Of a stretch of DNA of 64,000 bases, positions 1 through 13,547 are shown in pieces. The notes beneath the pieces were generated by a model that made no database searches, was not told where the DNA came from, and worked only from the letters and a program-made list of their open reading frames with translations. Source of the stretch: Tricharina praecox (taxonomy: Eukaryota). Position 1 is the first letter of the stretch; every line of letters starts with the position of its first letter. Location of the stretch: positions 992,001 through 1,056,000 of the forward strand of contig NW_026250407.1 in the NCBI RefSeq assembly GCF_024521635.1, given 5' to 3'. A program made the translations under genes and the position numbers.

Positions 1-1059
1 CCGTTCTTCTTGAACGTACCCCAACTCCCGCCAGCAATTGTCGTCCACGACGCGTTGCTGCTACTGCTGCTGCTCCGGCCGGGTTGACGGGTGGAAGGAA
101 CAAGTTGAAAGCACCGCCATCCTTATCCTACTGTAGGTCCATTACTTTGCTTGTGCTTCCCCTCCGCTCCGTCTGCTTGCCCGTTTCGTTTTGACTTGGC
201 TCCGGCCTAACTCAAACTGGAGGAGTCTATCAAGAGGCTCCCTCCTCCTCCCTTTGCGCTCAAAAGCACTCCCCCTCTCTCCCAAACCTCACTCCTTCCC
301 TTCACGGTACCTAGTAAGACGTGAGTCCTGGTACCACCCCAGAACTACCACACACACCAAACTCATCACTCACCCATCAAAACACACTCGCAACAACTAA
401 TAACAACAACCACCTCCAAGGTTGCTGGCTACTAGTGGTTGCTGCTAAACCCACCACCCGCGCTCCTCTCCATCCCACTCCCCACCTTCAACCACAACTC
501 CTCCTCCTCCTAACCCTACCTTTTCTCCTTTCTCCACCTTCGCCCTACTCCTCTACCCCTTCCACCACACGGAAACAACTTCGTGTCGTTTCTCCTGTCA
601 ACACCACTCCTTTTTGTCGCGTCTCGTCGCACTTGTTGACAATCTCCCTTCCTCGCAGCCAACAACAACAAAATCAATAACAGCTACAATCGCGCCGACT
701 CGCCGAGAACACGTCTGACTCGAACAGTGTCGAGAATCTTTGGAGCGCTCTCGATCGATCGCCTTGTTGAGTCCGACCGCGGGTAATCCTTGGGATTCCA
801 CTTTTCAGGTACGTGATGTCAACAAACGAACAAACACGGCAATTTATGTATGGACTTCGCATTGCTGACTTCCACTAGTCTCGAAGATCGGATCTTGGAA
901 CTCTTGACGGAGTGTGATTATATTTTTTTTTGTCGAGTTGGGGTTTTGTTCGCGCCCGGTACGCTTCCGTCGTAACACGTCGAGTCCTCCCAGTCTCGTC
1001 AACACCACCCTCAACCCAAACCAACCACACTCCACTCACACCAACTACAACCACCAAAA

Positions 1060-2810
1060 ATGCAAGCTGTAGGTCTTCACTCAATCCCACTCCTTACAAC
1101 ATAAACGCGATCAACAATTATGAGATCAAATCCTCTTCGGCTTGATAATCTTGCTGCACACATGACTGACGTGTCTTATAGCGCCGTGTTCCACGCACGC
1201 GAAGTGCAAACAACGAGAACGGCGATGAGAATACCGTAGCAACAAACACACGCCTCACGCGAGCGAAGGCTGCGTCGCTCTCGACTAACGGTCAGAAAGC
1301 CTCCGTCGTCATCACCAAGAAAACCACCGCCGCTCTCGCCACGAAGACTGCTCTTGCTACGAAGACTACCAACGCGACTGCCGCTGTTGCTCCAGCAAAC
1401 CGTAAACGTGCCGCACTTGGCGACGTCAGCAACGTCCACAAGATCGAATCCAACGGTGTTGGAGAGAAGAAGGCTGTCAAGAAGGTCACGAAGGCCACCA
1501 GCACTACGACCACCAAGTCCGCAACCAATGGTGTCACCAAGACGACGCGTACTACTCGTGCCGCTCCCATCAAGGCTGCGGTAGTTGAAGATGCCAAGAA
1601 GAAGGATCCAGCCGTTCGGTCGAAGAAGAGACCCGCTCCCTCGAAGGTTAAGGAAGAAGAGGAAGCTGGGGAGGACACCGAGAACCGTGATTCGGGATTG
1701 GCAGTTAAGGCCAAGGCCGGTGCCAGCGTTAAGGTTGCCGAGGAGGTGACTCGTCAGCCGGCTGCTAAGCGACCACGCATCGCTAAGACTGCCGCTGAAG
1801 TTGAAGGATGGGAGGACCTCGACGCCGAGGATGCCGAGGATCCTTTGATGGTTTCCGAGTACGTCAATGAGATCTTCGAGTATCTCAAGAAGCTCGAACC
1901 CGAAACTCAGCCCAATCCAACCTACATGGACGACCAGATCGACCTGAAGTGGCAGATGCGCGGTATCCTTGTCGATTGGCTCGTCGAGGTTCACACTCGC
2001 TTCCGTCTCCTCCCCGAGACCCTCTTCCTGTCCGTCAACATTGTCGACCGGTTTTTGACCAATAAGATCGTCATGTTGGACAAGCTCGAGTTGGTCGGTG
2101 TGACTGCGATGTTCATTGCTGCCAAGTACGAGGAGGTCTTCTCGCCTCACGTTCAGTACTTCCGCCACGTCGCCGACGATGGCTTCACCGAGGAAGAGAT
2201 TCTTCGTGCCGAGCGGTTCATCCTTTCGACTCTAGACTACAATCTGTCGTACCCCAACCCGATGAACTTCTTGAGGAGAATTTCCAAGGCGGACCAGTAC
2301 GACTTCCAGACGAGAACCTTCGCCAAGTACTTGATGGAGATCAGTCTTCTGGACCACAGATTTCTCGAGTACTTGCCAAGTCACGTCGGTGCTGCTGCTA
2401 TGTACATGGCCAGGATGATGTTGGACCGCGGCCCCTGGGTATGTTGATATACTCCTTCACTTGTGTTTATTCTTCTTGATCCGGGCTAATCATGATGGTT
2501 TCTTAGGACGAGAACCTCATTCACTTTTCCGATTACACCGAGGAACAGGTTCTCCCGGTCTTCCGCCTGATGATCGACTACTTGATCAGGCCCGTCAAGC
2601 ACCAGGCATTCTTCAAGAAGTACGCCAGCAAGAAGTTTATGAAAGGTTACTACTCCCCTCGCCCATCGCTGGTCCCGTTCAAACATACTGACGTTATATC
2701 CAGCATCCCTCCACGCTCGGGACTGGGCCAAGAAGAACGCCAAAGCTCACGGAGTCGACACCGAGCTCGCCACCAGGGATCTCTATCAGGACGACGACGC
2801 TGCGTACTAG
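1060..2810 (+). CDS. G2/M B-type cyclin (NimE/Cdc13/Clb2-like), 4 exons
   Basis: ATG CAA GCT at 1060, intron 1069-1181, then in frame with ORF 1698-2447. Destruction box RAALGDVSN. Cyclin box MRGILVDWLVEVH...LLPETLFL...AAKYEE. Introns at about 2439-2507 and 2646-2703. C-terminal KKYASKKF. Stop TAG 2808-2810. Confidence 0.95.
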
Positions 2811-4216
2811 ACGCACATTTTGCACCCTGACGTTTTCCGGATATACCTTTCAAGCATCTACCTTTCTTTGAAGAGATCTACTTCTCGGTTGGTTTTGATC
2901 GACATTCATTTGTGTATATTCTGGGAAATTAGACTTGGAGCATTCTGAGTTGTGTTTCGCGTGTGTTCTCTTTGGCTTGGGTGGGTAATAATGACGATAC
3001 GAGAAAAGGGGTGTTTTTTGCGAGATGTTTGGGCGCAACGACAAGACAACATGCCACCATCATCATCGAGGAAAACACTGCGTTACTGGCTGGGGAAAAC
3101 TTCTGGGCGCGAGTTTGTCATTGAAGGGGCAAGAAAGGTTTCGCGATCACTTGCGTCTTCTTAGTTCTTTTTTAGTACGGTGTTTCTTTCTTTTAGTGTT
3201 TTCCTTCTACAATTCCCTTTGGTTCAATGGTTTCTTTCTTTTGCACGTGTATATCTGTTTCAGGGTTTCTCAAGGGCTTGATTTTTTTTTGGTTGACTAC
3301 TGTATCCCGTCTTCTTCTCTGTTCGTTCTTTTATCTTTAGGATTCCCCTGTTTTTATCACCCCTTTTCCAAGGTGGGATCGGAGCGAGGAGTAACCGATG
3401 TCTGCTGGAGGTCTTTCAACGGGATTGGCGCTGTTCTGTTTGTGTTTCTTCTACCGGTTTGGGGGATAGGAGGGGAGGAGAGAAGAGGAAGCTTCTTATA
3501 TGACGGAGCTGGAAAGGAATGTTGACGATATGGGGGGTGGAGAGCTGTGGTTGGCTTCCTTCATCCGTACATGGTCTTTTTGTCTTCCTTCCCAAACGTA
3601 TATTATACTTCCTCACTTATACCTTCCTTACTCTTATCTGTTCTCTCTTCATCTTTTGTTGCCGCATCATGTCTTACGTGACTGTGCCTGTGTGCCTCAC
3701 TGACTTTATCTACAACTTGTATTATTCCCGCGCGCTGGACGATGAGTGAGCGTTGTAGTTTCCACCTGTTTACCATTCCCCCTCCTCCCCCTCCCCCTCC
3801 TTCCCCACACACATACCTCCCCATGTTTCTACCTGTTGATTCATTATTCCTGTTTTCATCATCATCATCATATCACCTTTTATAGACGGCGTTGCTTGTC
3901 AAGTTGATTGACCGACTAACGGACCGGACGGATGTTTATTGTCTACAAATGTATTTCCTTTGTCTATTTCCTACCTATTTCTTCAAGCTCATAGGGGTGT
4001 GGGGTGGGGTGGGGTGGGGGACTGGATGGGGATTTGGGGGAGGGGTTGCATGACGATGGGGATGGGCGAGTGGTTTCTCATGTATTTCGGATTTCCTATG
4101 TGAATTACACAAGTAGCATCATACGTCTCTCTCGGACTTCTATGTAATCCATTACGCAATAATTATACCGGTATCCACCCGAGTCACAGACAGCATTACA
4201 CTCCCCCCACCAGTAG

Positions 4217-4942
4217 CTACAGCAGCGCAAGCACCCTCGAGTCCTTATCGCGCATCTGTCCGACCTCCTTAATGATCTCCTCGCGCATGAGCTTGGCGAG
4301 TGCCTCGCCCTCGTCATCGTCCAGATCTGTCCTCCACCCAGAGCCAAACGGGCTCTTCCACCACTGCTTCTTCGCCCCCGGCGTGTCGCGCTCCAGCTTC
4401 TCGCGCTGCCGCTCGTCGGGCCGCGGGATGATGTGGTAGTGCACGTGCGGGACTACTTGCGCGGCGTTGACACCTGCACGCTCATTCAATTCAATCAGCA
4501 CCGCTCGCTGTCTCCCTCCCTCCATCCCTCGCCCCATCCATCCCGCCGGTATACATAGTTAGAACATACCATTATTCTGCACGAGATTAAAATCCGCGTA
4601 TCCAGAGACGTTACAAGCCGCTCTCGCCACGACAGGCAACCACGCACCTACGACCGCGTTCTCGGCGGGCGAGAGGTCCGAGAGCTTTTCGCGGTGGGCG
4701 CGCGGGCACACCAGCACGTGCGCGCGCGTCAGCGGCAAGATGTCCAGGAACGCGATTACGTCTGGCGTCGAGAGGACGATGTGTGACTGCTGCTGTTGCG
4801 CCGGTGGTGTGGGTGGAGGGGCGGGTGCTGGAGTGCTCGGCGGGAACGAGGGGTATGATGTAGAGATTTCGCAGAACGCGCAGACGCCGCTGCGGGCTTG
4901 CGAGGAGAGCGTGGCGAGCACGGTGGAGGGGAGGAGCGACAT
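4217..4942 (-). CDS. HIT (histidine triad) family nucleotide hydrolase, Hnt1-like
   Basis: CAFC Zn motif, AFLDILPLTRAHVLV. After intron 4474-4569, QNNG-VNAAQVVPHVHYHIIPR contains the HxHxHxx triad. Confidence 0.9.
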
Positions 4943-5326
4943 GAGGTGCTATGGCGTGAGGGGGCTATGGATGGTGAAGGAGGGGGATGGAGGAGAGCCG
5001 GGCTGGAAGAGAGCGTGGGTTGAGTGAGGCATTGTGGAGGTGGTTGCTCGGCCGGCCGCGAGCGAGGTTCGGTCGGTTCGGCCGTTCGTTGGGTCGTGTG
5101 TGCGTTGTCAGGGTCTACCGAGGTTTGTGTGGGGTGCGTGCCGTAACCAGGTGGCTCCGGCTAGTTACGTTACATACATAGAGTGGGATGGATTGGAAAA
5201 AGTATGACATCAATCTCTTTCCTGCGGCTCAACACCCCGCTAAACTCAGACACGCTGGCACTCCCCCCACCCCACTACTCATCCACCCTCCCCCCTCACT
5301 CGCTCCACAACCTCAACAACCACCGC

Positions 5327-6052
5327 ATGATGTCGCCCAGCGAAAAAACCCTAATATCCCAAGGCGCGGAAGCGCTCGTGTACAAAACGACGTACCTGAC
5401 ACCGACGCTTCCCGCGCTGCTCAAATACCGCCCAGCCAAGCCGTACCGGCACCCGACGCTCGACGCGCGCCTCACGAAATCGCGATGCCTCGCCGAGTCG
5501 CGACTCCTGATCCGCGCGCGCGCGCTGGGCATCCCCGTGCCGGCCGTGTACTTCGTCGACGAAGCGCGCGGCGAGATCATCATGGAGTGGATTTCTGGCG
5601 CGAGCGTGCGCAGCGTGCTCGACGCCATGCTGGCGGCGCCTGGCGGAACACAGAAGGTCGATCGTGTCATGGTCGAGATGGGGAGGGTCGTGGGGAAGCT
5701 CCATGCTGCCGATATCGTCCATGGAGATCTCACCACGAGTAATGTCATGGTGCGCCTGCGGAGGAGGACGGGGTTGCTCGCTGATACCTGTGAGGAGGAG
5801 GAGGTGGTCGCTGATGGTGGCGAGGTCGTCCTCATCGATCTGGGGCTCGGGAGTATGTCCACCGCGGAGGAGGATAAGGCGGTTGATCTATATGTGCTGG
5901 AGAGGGCGTTTTTGAGTACTCATCCCAAGGCGGAGGGGCTGTTTAAGGACGTGCTGGCGGCGTATGAGACGAGCTATAAGGGAGCCAAGCCGGTGCTGAA
6001 GAGGCTACAGGACGTGAGGATGCGCGGGAGGAAGAGGAGTATGTTGGGGTGA
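5327..6052 (+). CDS. BUD32: KEOPS complex atypical kinase Bud32/PRPK
   Basis: SQGAEA, YRHPTLD, HGDLTTSN catalytic loop, DLG, EDKAVDLYVLERAF and C-terminal RGRKRSMLG. Intronless. Confidence 0.95.
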   Translation: MMSPSEKTLISQGAEALVYKTTYLTPTLPALLKYRPAKPYRHPTLDARLTKSRCLAESRLLIRARALGIPVPAVYFVDEARGEIIMEWISGASVRSVLDAMLAAPGGTQKVDRVMVEMGRVVGKLHAADIVHGDLTTSNVMVRLRRRTGLLADTCEEEEVVADGGEVVLIDLGLGSMSTAEEDKAVDLYVLERAFLSTHPKAEGLFKDVLAAYETSYKGAKPVLKRLQDVRMRGRKRSMLG

Positions 6053-7669
6053 ATAGATGGAGTTTACCCATGGAAATCATGGAACGTCGTTCGCTGGTTG
6101 GTGTAGTTTTCGGTACTATGCTCTCTACACTCTCTGCACGATTCCAGCCCAGGTACAGCTCCCAGTTGCACTCGAGTGATGATGCGGCGAAGGACACTAG
6201 CTAGACCACCGCGGGGACATACACGACGCAGCATTCTCCGGTCGGCTATGGTTCGCCCGCATCAGCTGCGGCTCGTGAAGCTGCATCGAAACACATGTCA
6301 CAAGAGTTCAATATCGGCATGCAATTGCACATGTAGACATTCACAGCCGAACTACCTACTATACCCTAGGTACTCGAATCTGATACGTGAGCGGCCCGTA
6401 ATATAAATTTCTCCGGAGAACAGTGGGACCTTTTACTTCGGATCCCCAACCGGGAGACGGACTGGACTGCCCACTCTTCCGGTCAAGATGGAGGTCCGAA
6501 CATGCTTCCGAGTGGAAAACCAAGCTCCCGTCGGATGACGGGGGAATGGAATTTTGGAATGGAATTGAGCCTTGTCAACCTCCAAGGGGTGGGGGCAGTG
6601 CGGTTGCCGCGTATGTCACTCGCTCCGGCGCTGGGGATGCTCATCTCTGCGCGTTTGTACCGTGGTTTCTCGTCCCAGTGACGTTCGTTCGAACGGGCAG
6701 ATTGGATGCTTGCGCCTCGGGGGTCCCGGCTGAGTGGTGAGTGATTAGCCCGACCGACATGCGGTGTGTCGTGTTGTGGGACGACGGCGCTTGCAGCTTG
6801 CACGTTGCAATCCTTACTCGTATCCGTAAATACCTCCATACGGGTATCTACGCAACTACGGTACTCTACTCAATCACTGTATGTGGAGTCTCGATATGTT
6901 ACGGAGCGTCGTAACAGGAGAACACAGCCCGAGGAAGATGACCGCTGTCTCAGAGAAACCATCCCGCCAATGCTGTGCTGAGTGAGAAGGACGATCTTAT
7001 GTGCCTTGCTTGGATGTTCGATTCGACGCAGTAGAGTAAATACGCCTGCAGGAGGAAGGCTACAGCCCACCGTATGCACTAGCAGTTGGGCCATCACTAC
7101 TCTATTTATCTCACCCCGAGAACATCGTCATGGGGATGGATGGGATGGGCACAGATGGCCGTGCCGGTTAACGTTTGCCGACTCGACGCACACTATTTAT
7201 GCGGCTAGGCGGGGGTGGCGGCGACTCGGTGGCTGCTGAAATTTTGGAAGTCCGGGTCTGGCCTGATGGTTCATTGGCGGTGGCCCCGGATCATTCGGAT
7301 CCGAGGAGGTACCCAGAGGTGAGCGGAGTTACGGTGGGGAACGAATAATCGATGGGAGGCGCACCACCCATCCGTCCATGCGACGATGCATGGAAGGATG
7401 GAGTGCAATACAAGTAGAGTCGAGACCCGCCCCGCCAAGGATGCTCCTGCTTGCTTGCTTGCTTGCCTGGCCTTAGTACCCAAGATCCCCTCCCTCCTCC
7501 CCACCCCCGTTGATGCAACTGCTGCACTGCTGCCGCCTGCTGTCTAAAGCTCTTCAGATTCACTCTTTTTGTGTCTGTCCTTTCGTTCAAGTTACTCTCT
7601 CTCCGAGTTATTACTATCTTTGCTCCCCCGGTAGCAAGTGAAAGCAAGAAACAGAAACAAGCTATAATC

Positions 7670-8662
7670 ATGCCTGTGATTCGGAACCCATTTCGCAGGA
7701 ACCCTCCGCCACCGGCGCCCCGCACCGCTTCGACTTCGTCGCCGCTGGTTGAGCAGCTGGGAGAGGATCGGGCGGACGATGCTTCCAACAAATCCATCAA
7801 GTCCGCTAGCGCCATCAGCATCGTGAAGAATGACGACGAGAAGAATACCTACAAGATGAGTGGTGCGTACATAGCTGCCCCGTCTCCTTGACGCTGTTCG
7901 GCGAACAAGCTCGACTAACGGATCCCATGTGTGTGTAGTGGTCAATGGCGGGGTTTACCTCCCAGTGAGTTCGATCCGGTTCCAAGCGCAGTCGGTTGCG
8001 TCGAGTTTCTGACGTCCAGTGTTATTTTGCAGCCGTCACCAACCGAGAAAAAGAGCTTCTCGTTCCTGAAGCGAGACAACTCCTCGACGTCGATCAAGAA
8101 CAGACCACCTCTGACCCCCTTGGAGGAGCCATTCACCATCTCGCGAGAGTCGTTCGATTCATACCGGAGGTCATTTGTCAGTGCAGCAGCGCCTCAGATC
8201 GTGGACTTGTACATACTGACGATTTTGCTGTAGGATATCTCTGCGCGGTCACCAATCAGCGATGTTGCGCCGGGAAGGAACAGCTTCGACATCCGACCGA
8301 CAACGGGAGTGACGGGCCGTGCGAGTATGGATGTGCGCCCGTCGCGGATGAGCCTGGACGTCCCCGCCAGAATGAGCCTGGACTCTCGACCGCCGCCTTC
8401 GCGAATGAGTCTTGACCAACGGTCGCCTCGTATGCCTCCCACAGTAAAGGACGTCGAGGAGCCGAAAGACGAGTTTGAGGATGTGAAGCTTGACGACGGA
8501 CCACGACCTAAGAAGCTTGGACTCTTTTCGAGATTTGGCGGCGAGCACAGCTCGAAGGATGCCGCCTCCAAAGAGCGGCCGTTAAGTGGCCTCTTCAGTC
8601 GCAGAGAGCACACTGCGGAGACGGAGCAGGAGAGTGAGCTGAAGCATATGGACATGAAGTAA
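7670..8662 (+). CDS. Hypothetical fungal protein, 4 exons, with RxSLD repeats
   Basis: Spliced reading MPVIRNPF...YKMSVVNGGVYLPPSPTEKK...SRESFDSYRRSFDISARSP...FEDVKLDD. Canonical introns at about 7863-7938, 7965-8032 and 8177-8233 keep the frame. Confidence 0.75.
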
Positions 8663-9280
8663 TTGGCCGGCTGGTGTTCTGGGTGCTGGGAATGATCGGT
8701 TGCCCGCAGCTGCAACCACACGACTCTTTTGCGTGTTACGGTGCGGTTTCGAGGCCCCACGCGGCGTCGAGGATGCCATCAGGCACTCGTCTTTTTGGTT
8801 TATAGACACGTATTTTTTTCCTTTTATATCATGCGGGTCATGGCGTAATACTTGAGACGGGGTCGGGACGCTTTGGGTGCGTGTAATGGAGGACTGGTCG
8901 GGTGTATGAATGTATTTACGAATGGCATGTATCTGGTCAGTAGATAACGCTCTTTTTACTATGAATGGAGTAATTATGTCTTTGAATATACATTGAGGGT
9001 GGTTGTGAATTCATATACTGGAACTCCTATGATCAATGGTGACGCTGCTGCTAGGGTGGTTCCATGCTCACACTCCCGTGATTCTTTGAACCCCAAACAT
9101 CTTCACGTCTCCCAACTCAGGTACCTGCTTTCCTTACACACCAACACACAATCCAACCCACCCACAACACCATTACCAGCCACCACCGCTCACACCACTC
9201 CCACAGATCGCGTAATCCAGCAGCACCCCTCACCAAATCGCTGCCTACGATACGCTTTTCCAATCTCCACAGGCAGAGCC

Positions 9281-12200
9281 ATGACCGATCGACCAGCCTG
9301 CCACCTCTTCAAGCAGACGCGCATCAACCTTGACTGGGCCGAGAAGAGATCCACCACCGTAATCGATGTCCCCCTTCCGCACCATGCCGGGCGGTCAAGC
9401 AGGAGCTTGAACGTGAGGAAGAAGAGCAAGCGCCAGGAGCACCCCGACACGGAAGAGAAGTTTAAGATTGCGCACCATGCCAGCACGGCGTCGATCTACT
9501 ACCGGCCTGCCGACCGCTTTCCGCGCAGCATCCTGTGGCGGGTAGTGGAGGACTCATATGTGCTGTCCGTGGCGGCGGTGGACTTTACCAGACCGGAGTC
9601 GCAGGGGGAGTTGGAGACTACGTTCAGGTTTTACTTCCCCGAACAGATACAGCCGGGCACCGTGGGTTTCGCGGACGCGCCCAATCGCGACGAGCTAGTG
9701 ATATATGCGTTGACGCGCGACGGTGTGCTATACACGCTCGACCTGACTCCGGAGTTCTTGCTGCGGAATTCGTTCCTGAAACGCGGCTCGCAGTCGACTG
9801 ACTACTGCACCACATACTGCCCGTCGACGTTCACCCTGCACTCGCCGCACTTTCTACTGTCGATCAGCAACCTGTCTCTGATCGTTCCATTACAGGATGG
9901 CAATATCCTCAAGCTGGACAGGGAGCACAAATCTATCGCGGAGAGTGAGTTTGCTGATGTCCGGCGGTCCGGGGCGCTGCTTACTGGTCATTCAGGTTCC
10001 GACCCCACGGTTGCTAGTTACACGGAGAAGACGTTCAGCGACAGTGGTTATTTCGGTTTCCTGAAGAATAGGATGCCCTGGGTTGGGGCGGGTACCATTC
10101 AATACGGTCACAACAGCGTTACGCACTCTACCGTCGTTTCCGCAGTTGCGTACCATCCCACGACCAACCGACAGGATGCCAAACCATTACTGTTCACCGT
10201 GTCCGTAGATCACTCATTGAAGGTTTGGTCGTTGGAACAAGGGACCCTTATCCGCGCGACCGACCTTCTCAACGAACCGCAATCTGCACAGGTCAAGATG
10301 AAGACATGGCTGGACCCTGCGCCATCCCATCTGTTGGCAATCATCGACAAGTCGTTCCAGCCTGACCACAGCTTCTACCTTGTGTCGTTCTCTTCTGCTG
10401 CGACTGGCAAGTTCAAGTTCTGGGCTGTGTCGAAGTACACGGGTGAGGGCGACCACCTGGAAGGACAGTTCAAGAACCTGGTCGACTTGTACCCAGAGGA
10501 TACCTTCAATGCCAGGCCGCCGAGTGTCACTGCTCCCTGGATAATATCGGAGTTCAGAATAACTCCGGCCTCGACAGAGGGTCCCACCATCTTCGACCTC
10601 TGGGTTCTCTGGAAGAGCGACACAAACTTCCAGGTCCAGAATGTCCGGTTCGACATCTCAGATGTCAGAAATACCTGGGGCCAGTGGACAACGGCAACAT
10701 CTGATTCCCTACACAACCCTCCGAGACCGGCAACTTACTCGGAAACCTCTGAGGATGTCTCGGAGCACTGGATGAAGTGGATATTCTATCCTGGACGCTT
10801 TCCGGATACGGTCCTCGAATCAGCGCTTCGAATTTACGAAAATAACTTTCTCGTACCCAGCACAGCGAGCACGACGACTGAAACAGTTCAGGCCAGGATT
10901 GCCAAGATAGTTGGTGCAGCGGTACGGATCGAGAAGGGCGGGGAGGATGAGCAGTTGAAATACCGAAACGAGCTGGATCTGCAATGGGACCGCTTTTCTC
11001 GGCTGTGCATAGAACTGGACAAGCAGCGGAGAGAGGCGCTGTCACTTGTTTCCGACCCGCTGTCCGGATTCGTGTGGACTGTGAACGTCGATGGAATCAC
11101 CGCACTTCGGGAATGCACCGAAACCGAGGTGATCTGGCACAACCTCGCCACGTACAAGAACAGCCTCGACACACTCTCCAACCGGACCGCAAAGAGATTA
11201 GGAGCGGGATTGAAGGGTACTGAACTGTCGGACGTGATGACACTCGTCTCTGCGGCCAACGAATTGAGTGAATCCCTGACGGAGTCTGCGATCGATGCGT
11301 GCATGATGAGACTACAGCAGGAGACGATCAAGGACCCAATGTACGCCGTGTCGGACTTGATGTGGACCTTTTACGAGAGATGTCTCGAGCAGGAAGTTCC
11401 GCAGGAGACTTATGACAAGATCGAAGAGCTCTTTGACGCAATGCAGGATCCAGAGGCGGCTTTCCAGTCGCTGATGGCCAGTCTTTACAACCAGCCAGAC
11501 TCACATGCTGGTCAGTCAAGACTGACTTCATTCGGCGCAAAGGTGCTGGTGGGAGGATCGCAGGAGGTCATCCAGGTCAACTACGAGATGCTCTCGCAGC
11601 TGGTATTCTTGTTGGTCTATGTAGCCTTTGCGGACGAGACGCGGAGGTTCGCGAGAATATCCAGCCCGGAAGCCCTCTACGGCCGCCTCCTTGGGTACGT
11701 TAGGGAGTACGAGGTTCTGGGTTGGATGGCACGGACTTCTGCACAGTTGGCCCTGCCGTCCACCGCCTCCCCGACCGATGACATCTCCCGGGCGCTGACA
11801 GATCTTCACGTCTCCGGAGAGAGCACCGTTGTGCGCCACGGCAAGCGCGGATCCGTTCTCCAATTGGTGTTGCCAGACAATTTTGGCCCGTCGCTCTACG
11901 GATCTGGTCGTCAGGCTTCGGTATCCCTTTCTCTCTGCATACGGAGGTTCCTGGCCAACCTCGACCTGTTCGACCGTGGCAATGGAGTCACGAACGTTGC
12001 TGCAGCTCTGATCAAGATCAACGCTGGACCTGCGGCAGAGTTTGCGAAGTTCCTGCCGCAGACCCCATGGGGAACATACATGAAGGCTAGGACCCAGTTG
12101 AAGGCCCGTAGCTTTGCGATGGCCTTGGCTACTTTCAATAGAGCGGCTTATGGGATGTGTATGTTTCGATCGTGTCCTCGCCTGAAAATTTTGGTTTGGC

Positions 12201-13200
12201 TAACACTACTGCGTAGCGATTGCGCCTAGATCGGCTTACTCGGCGGTTGATGTTTTCTCTGCAGAGTCAGGTGCTGTTGGGTGTGGATTGGCACATTACC
12301 ATCTGCACGTTGGTACTCTATTCGAGGAGGAAGACGCCTCCGAATATGTTGTGGATGCTTGCAATGCTGCCCTTCTGGAAGTCGGCGAATCGGTAGGCTC
12401 CGACTGGCTGTGCCGTCAAGGATATACACTAATGTCACGATAGGAGGAGACGCCGCTCACTTCGGAGATCTTGCTAAAGTACTTCCGCGCGGCACTTAAG
12501 GTCAGCCTATTCGACGAAGCCTATTTGGCTCTTGCCCAATACTCTGACGAAGCTCTGTATGTTTTCCTCATCGGTTGATATATGCTTTGCAATTGCTAAT
12601 CGCTTCGATAGGCGGCATGCGGGAGTTCGCGACTTGGTCACGGCTATGGTCACGCAGAATAAGGGAGAGCGACTTTGCTCGTACCCGTGGATCGGATTGC
12701 AGGACGAGGTGGATGATGCGCTGAAGTACAAGTGCCAACAAATCCTTGACGTTTCTGCCGGTCCGCCGTTCCACAAGGTGCTTTACGCTTGGCGCATCCA
12801 GAGGGGAGATTATCGCGGAGGTGAGTTGTCAAGATGTCTGCGGTTGTGGTTATGGTTTAGTATGCTAACTCGGGCTACAGCGGCATACATCCTCTACGAA
12901 AGACTGCAGCGATTACGCACCGCGAACGTTGGCTCCAACGATCCCAACTCTAGAGTCGTTGCGGATGGATATTTGGCCTTGATCAACGTCCTCTCGTGCG
13001 TGAGTGAAGATCAGGCCTGGATACTATCGGAAACGCGGGTCGATGCGGACGGTGTTGCAAGTGGTGGAAAGAGGGCGAAGCTAGATGGCTCGCGGACAAC
13101 ACACAAGCGCGAAGTCCTGACGCTGGCTGATATTAAGGCAGAGTACCAGACGGAAGTGGAGAGGGTCGGATTACTGCTGAATGGAGGGTTCTTTGTATAA
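9281..13200 (+). CDS. NUP120: Nucleoporin Nup120/Nup160 family
   Basis: About 1200 aa. N-terminal beta-propeller-like region (FPRSILWRV, LFTVSVDHSLKVW) followed by a helical solenoid. C-terminal LYAWRIQRGDYRG and YLALINVLSCV...AWI. Several short 3' introns. Confidence 0.8.
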
Positions 13201-13547
13201 TCAATCGATTTCTTCTTCTGTTGTGTAAAATCTGGGCAGGGGTTTCCATAGCATTTATTCACTCACACGGGGTTTTTTTGGAGGATGGATGGTTACAAGT
13301 CCGACTGCTGATAACGAGGTTTCTCTATTTTTTATGTTTGTTTGATGGGTTTACTGGGAGTTTTAACGTCATGGTTTGTCTGTCTGTCGTTTGCTTGACG
13401 AATCGCGAACTAGGTACTCTAGCCCGAGTGATATACCGTATGATGTCTTAATCAATGAATGACATGACGTTCCTGCATGCGGGCAAAGCTAGCTAATTCC
13501 AATCCGAACCTCAACCCCACCACCGCCCTCACGCACGCACATCCGCA

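Noticed and set aside
1176..2168. Long antisense ORFs (also 30070-31083, 47009-48061, 59220-59927, 63251-63979)
   Set aside because: Shadows of codon-biased genes on the opposite strand; no motifs of their own.
4199..4219. HIT stop TAG CTA as a readthrough or cryptic PTS1 signal
   Set aside because: The known motif is TGA CTA, and the extension ends in GGV, which is not a PTS1.
8993..9280. In-frame N-terminal extension of NUP120
   Set aside because: Composition resembles promoter/UTR (C/A-rich). ATG 9281 has good context and begins the Nup120-like sequence.
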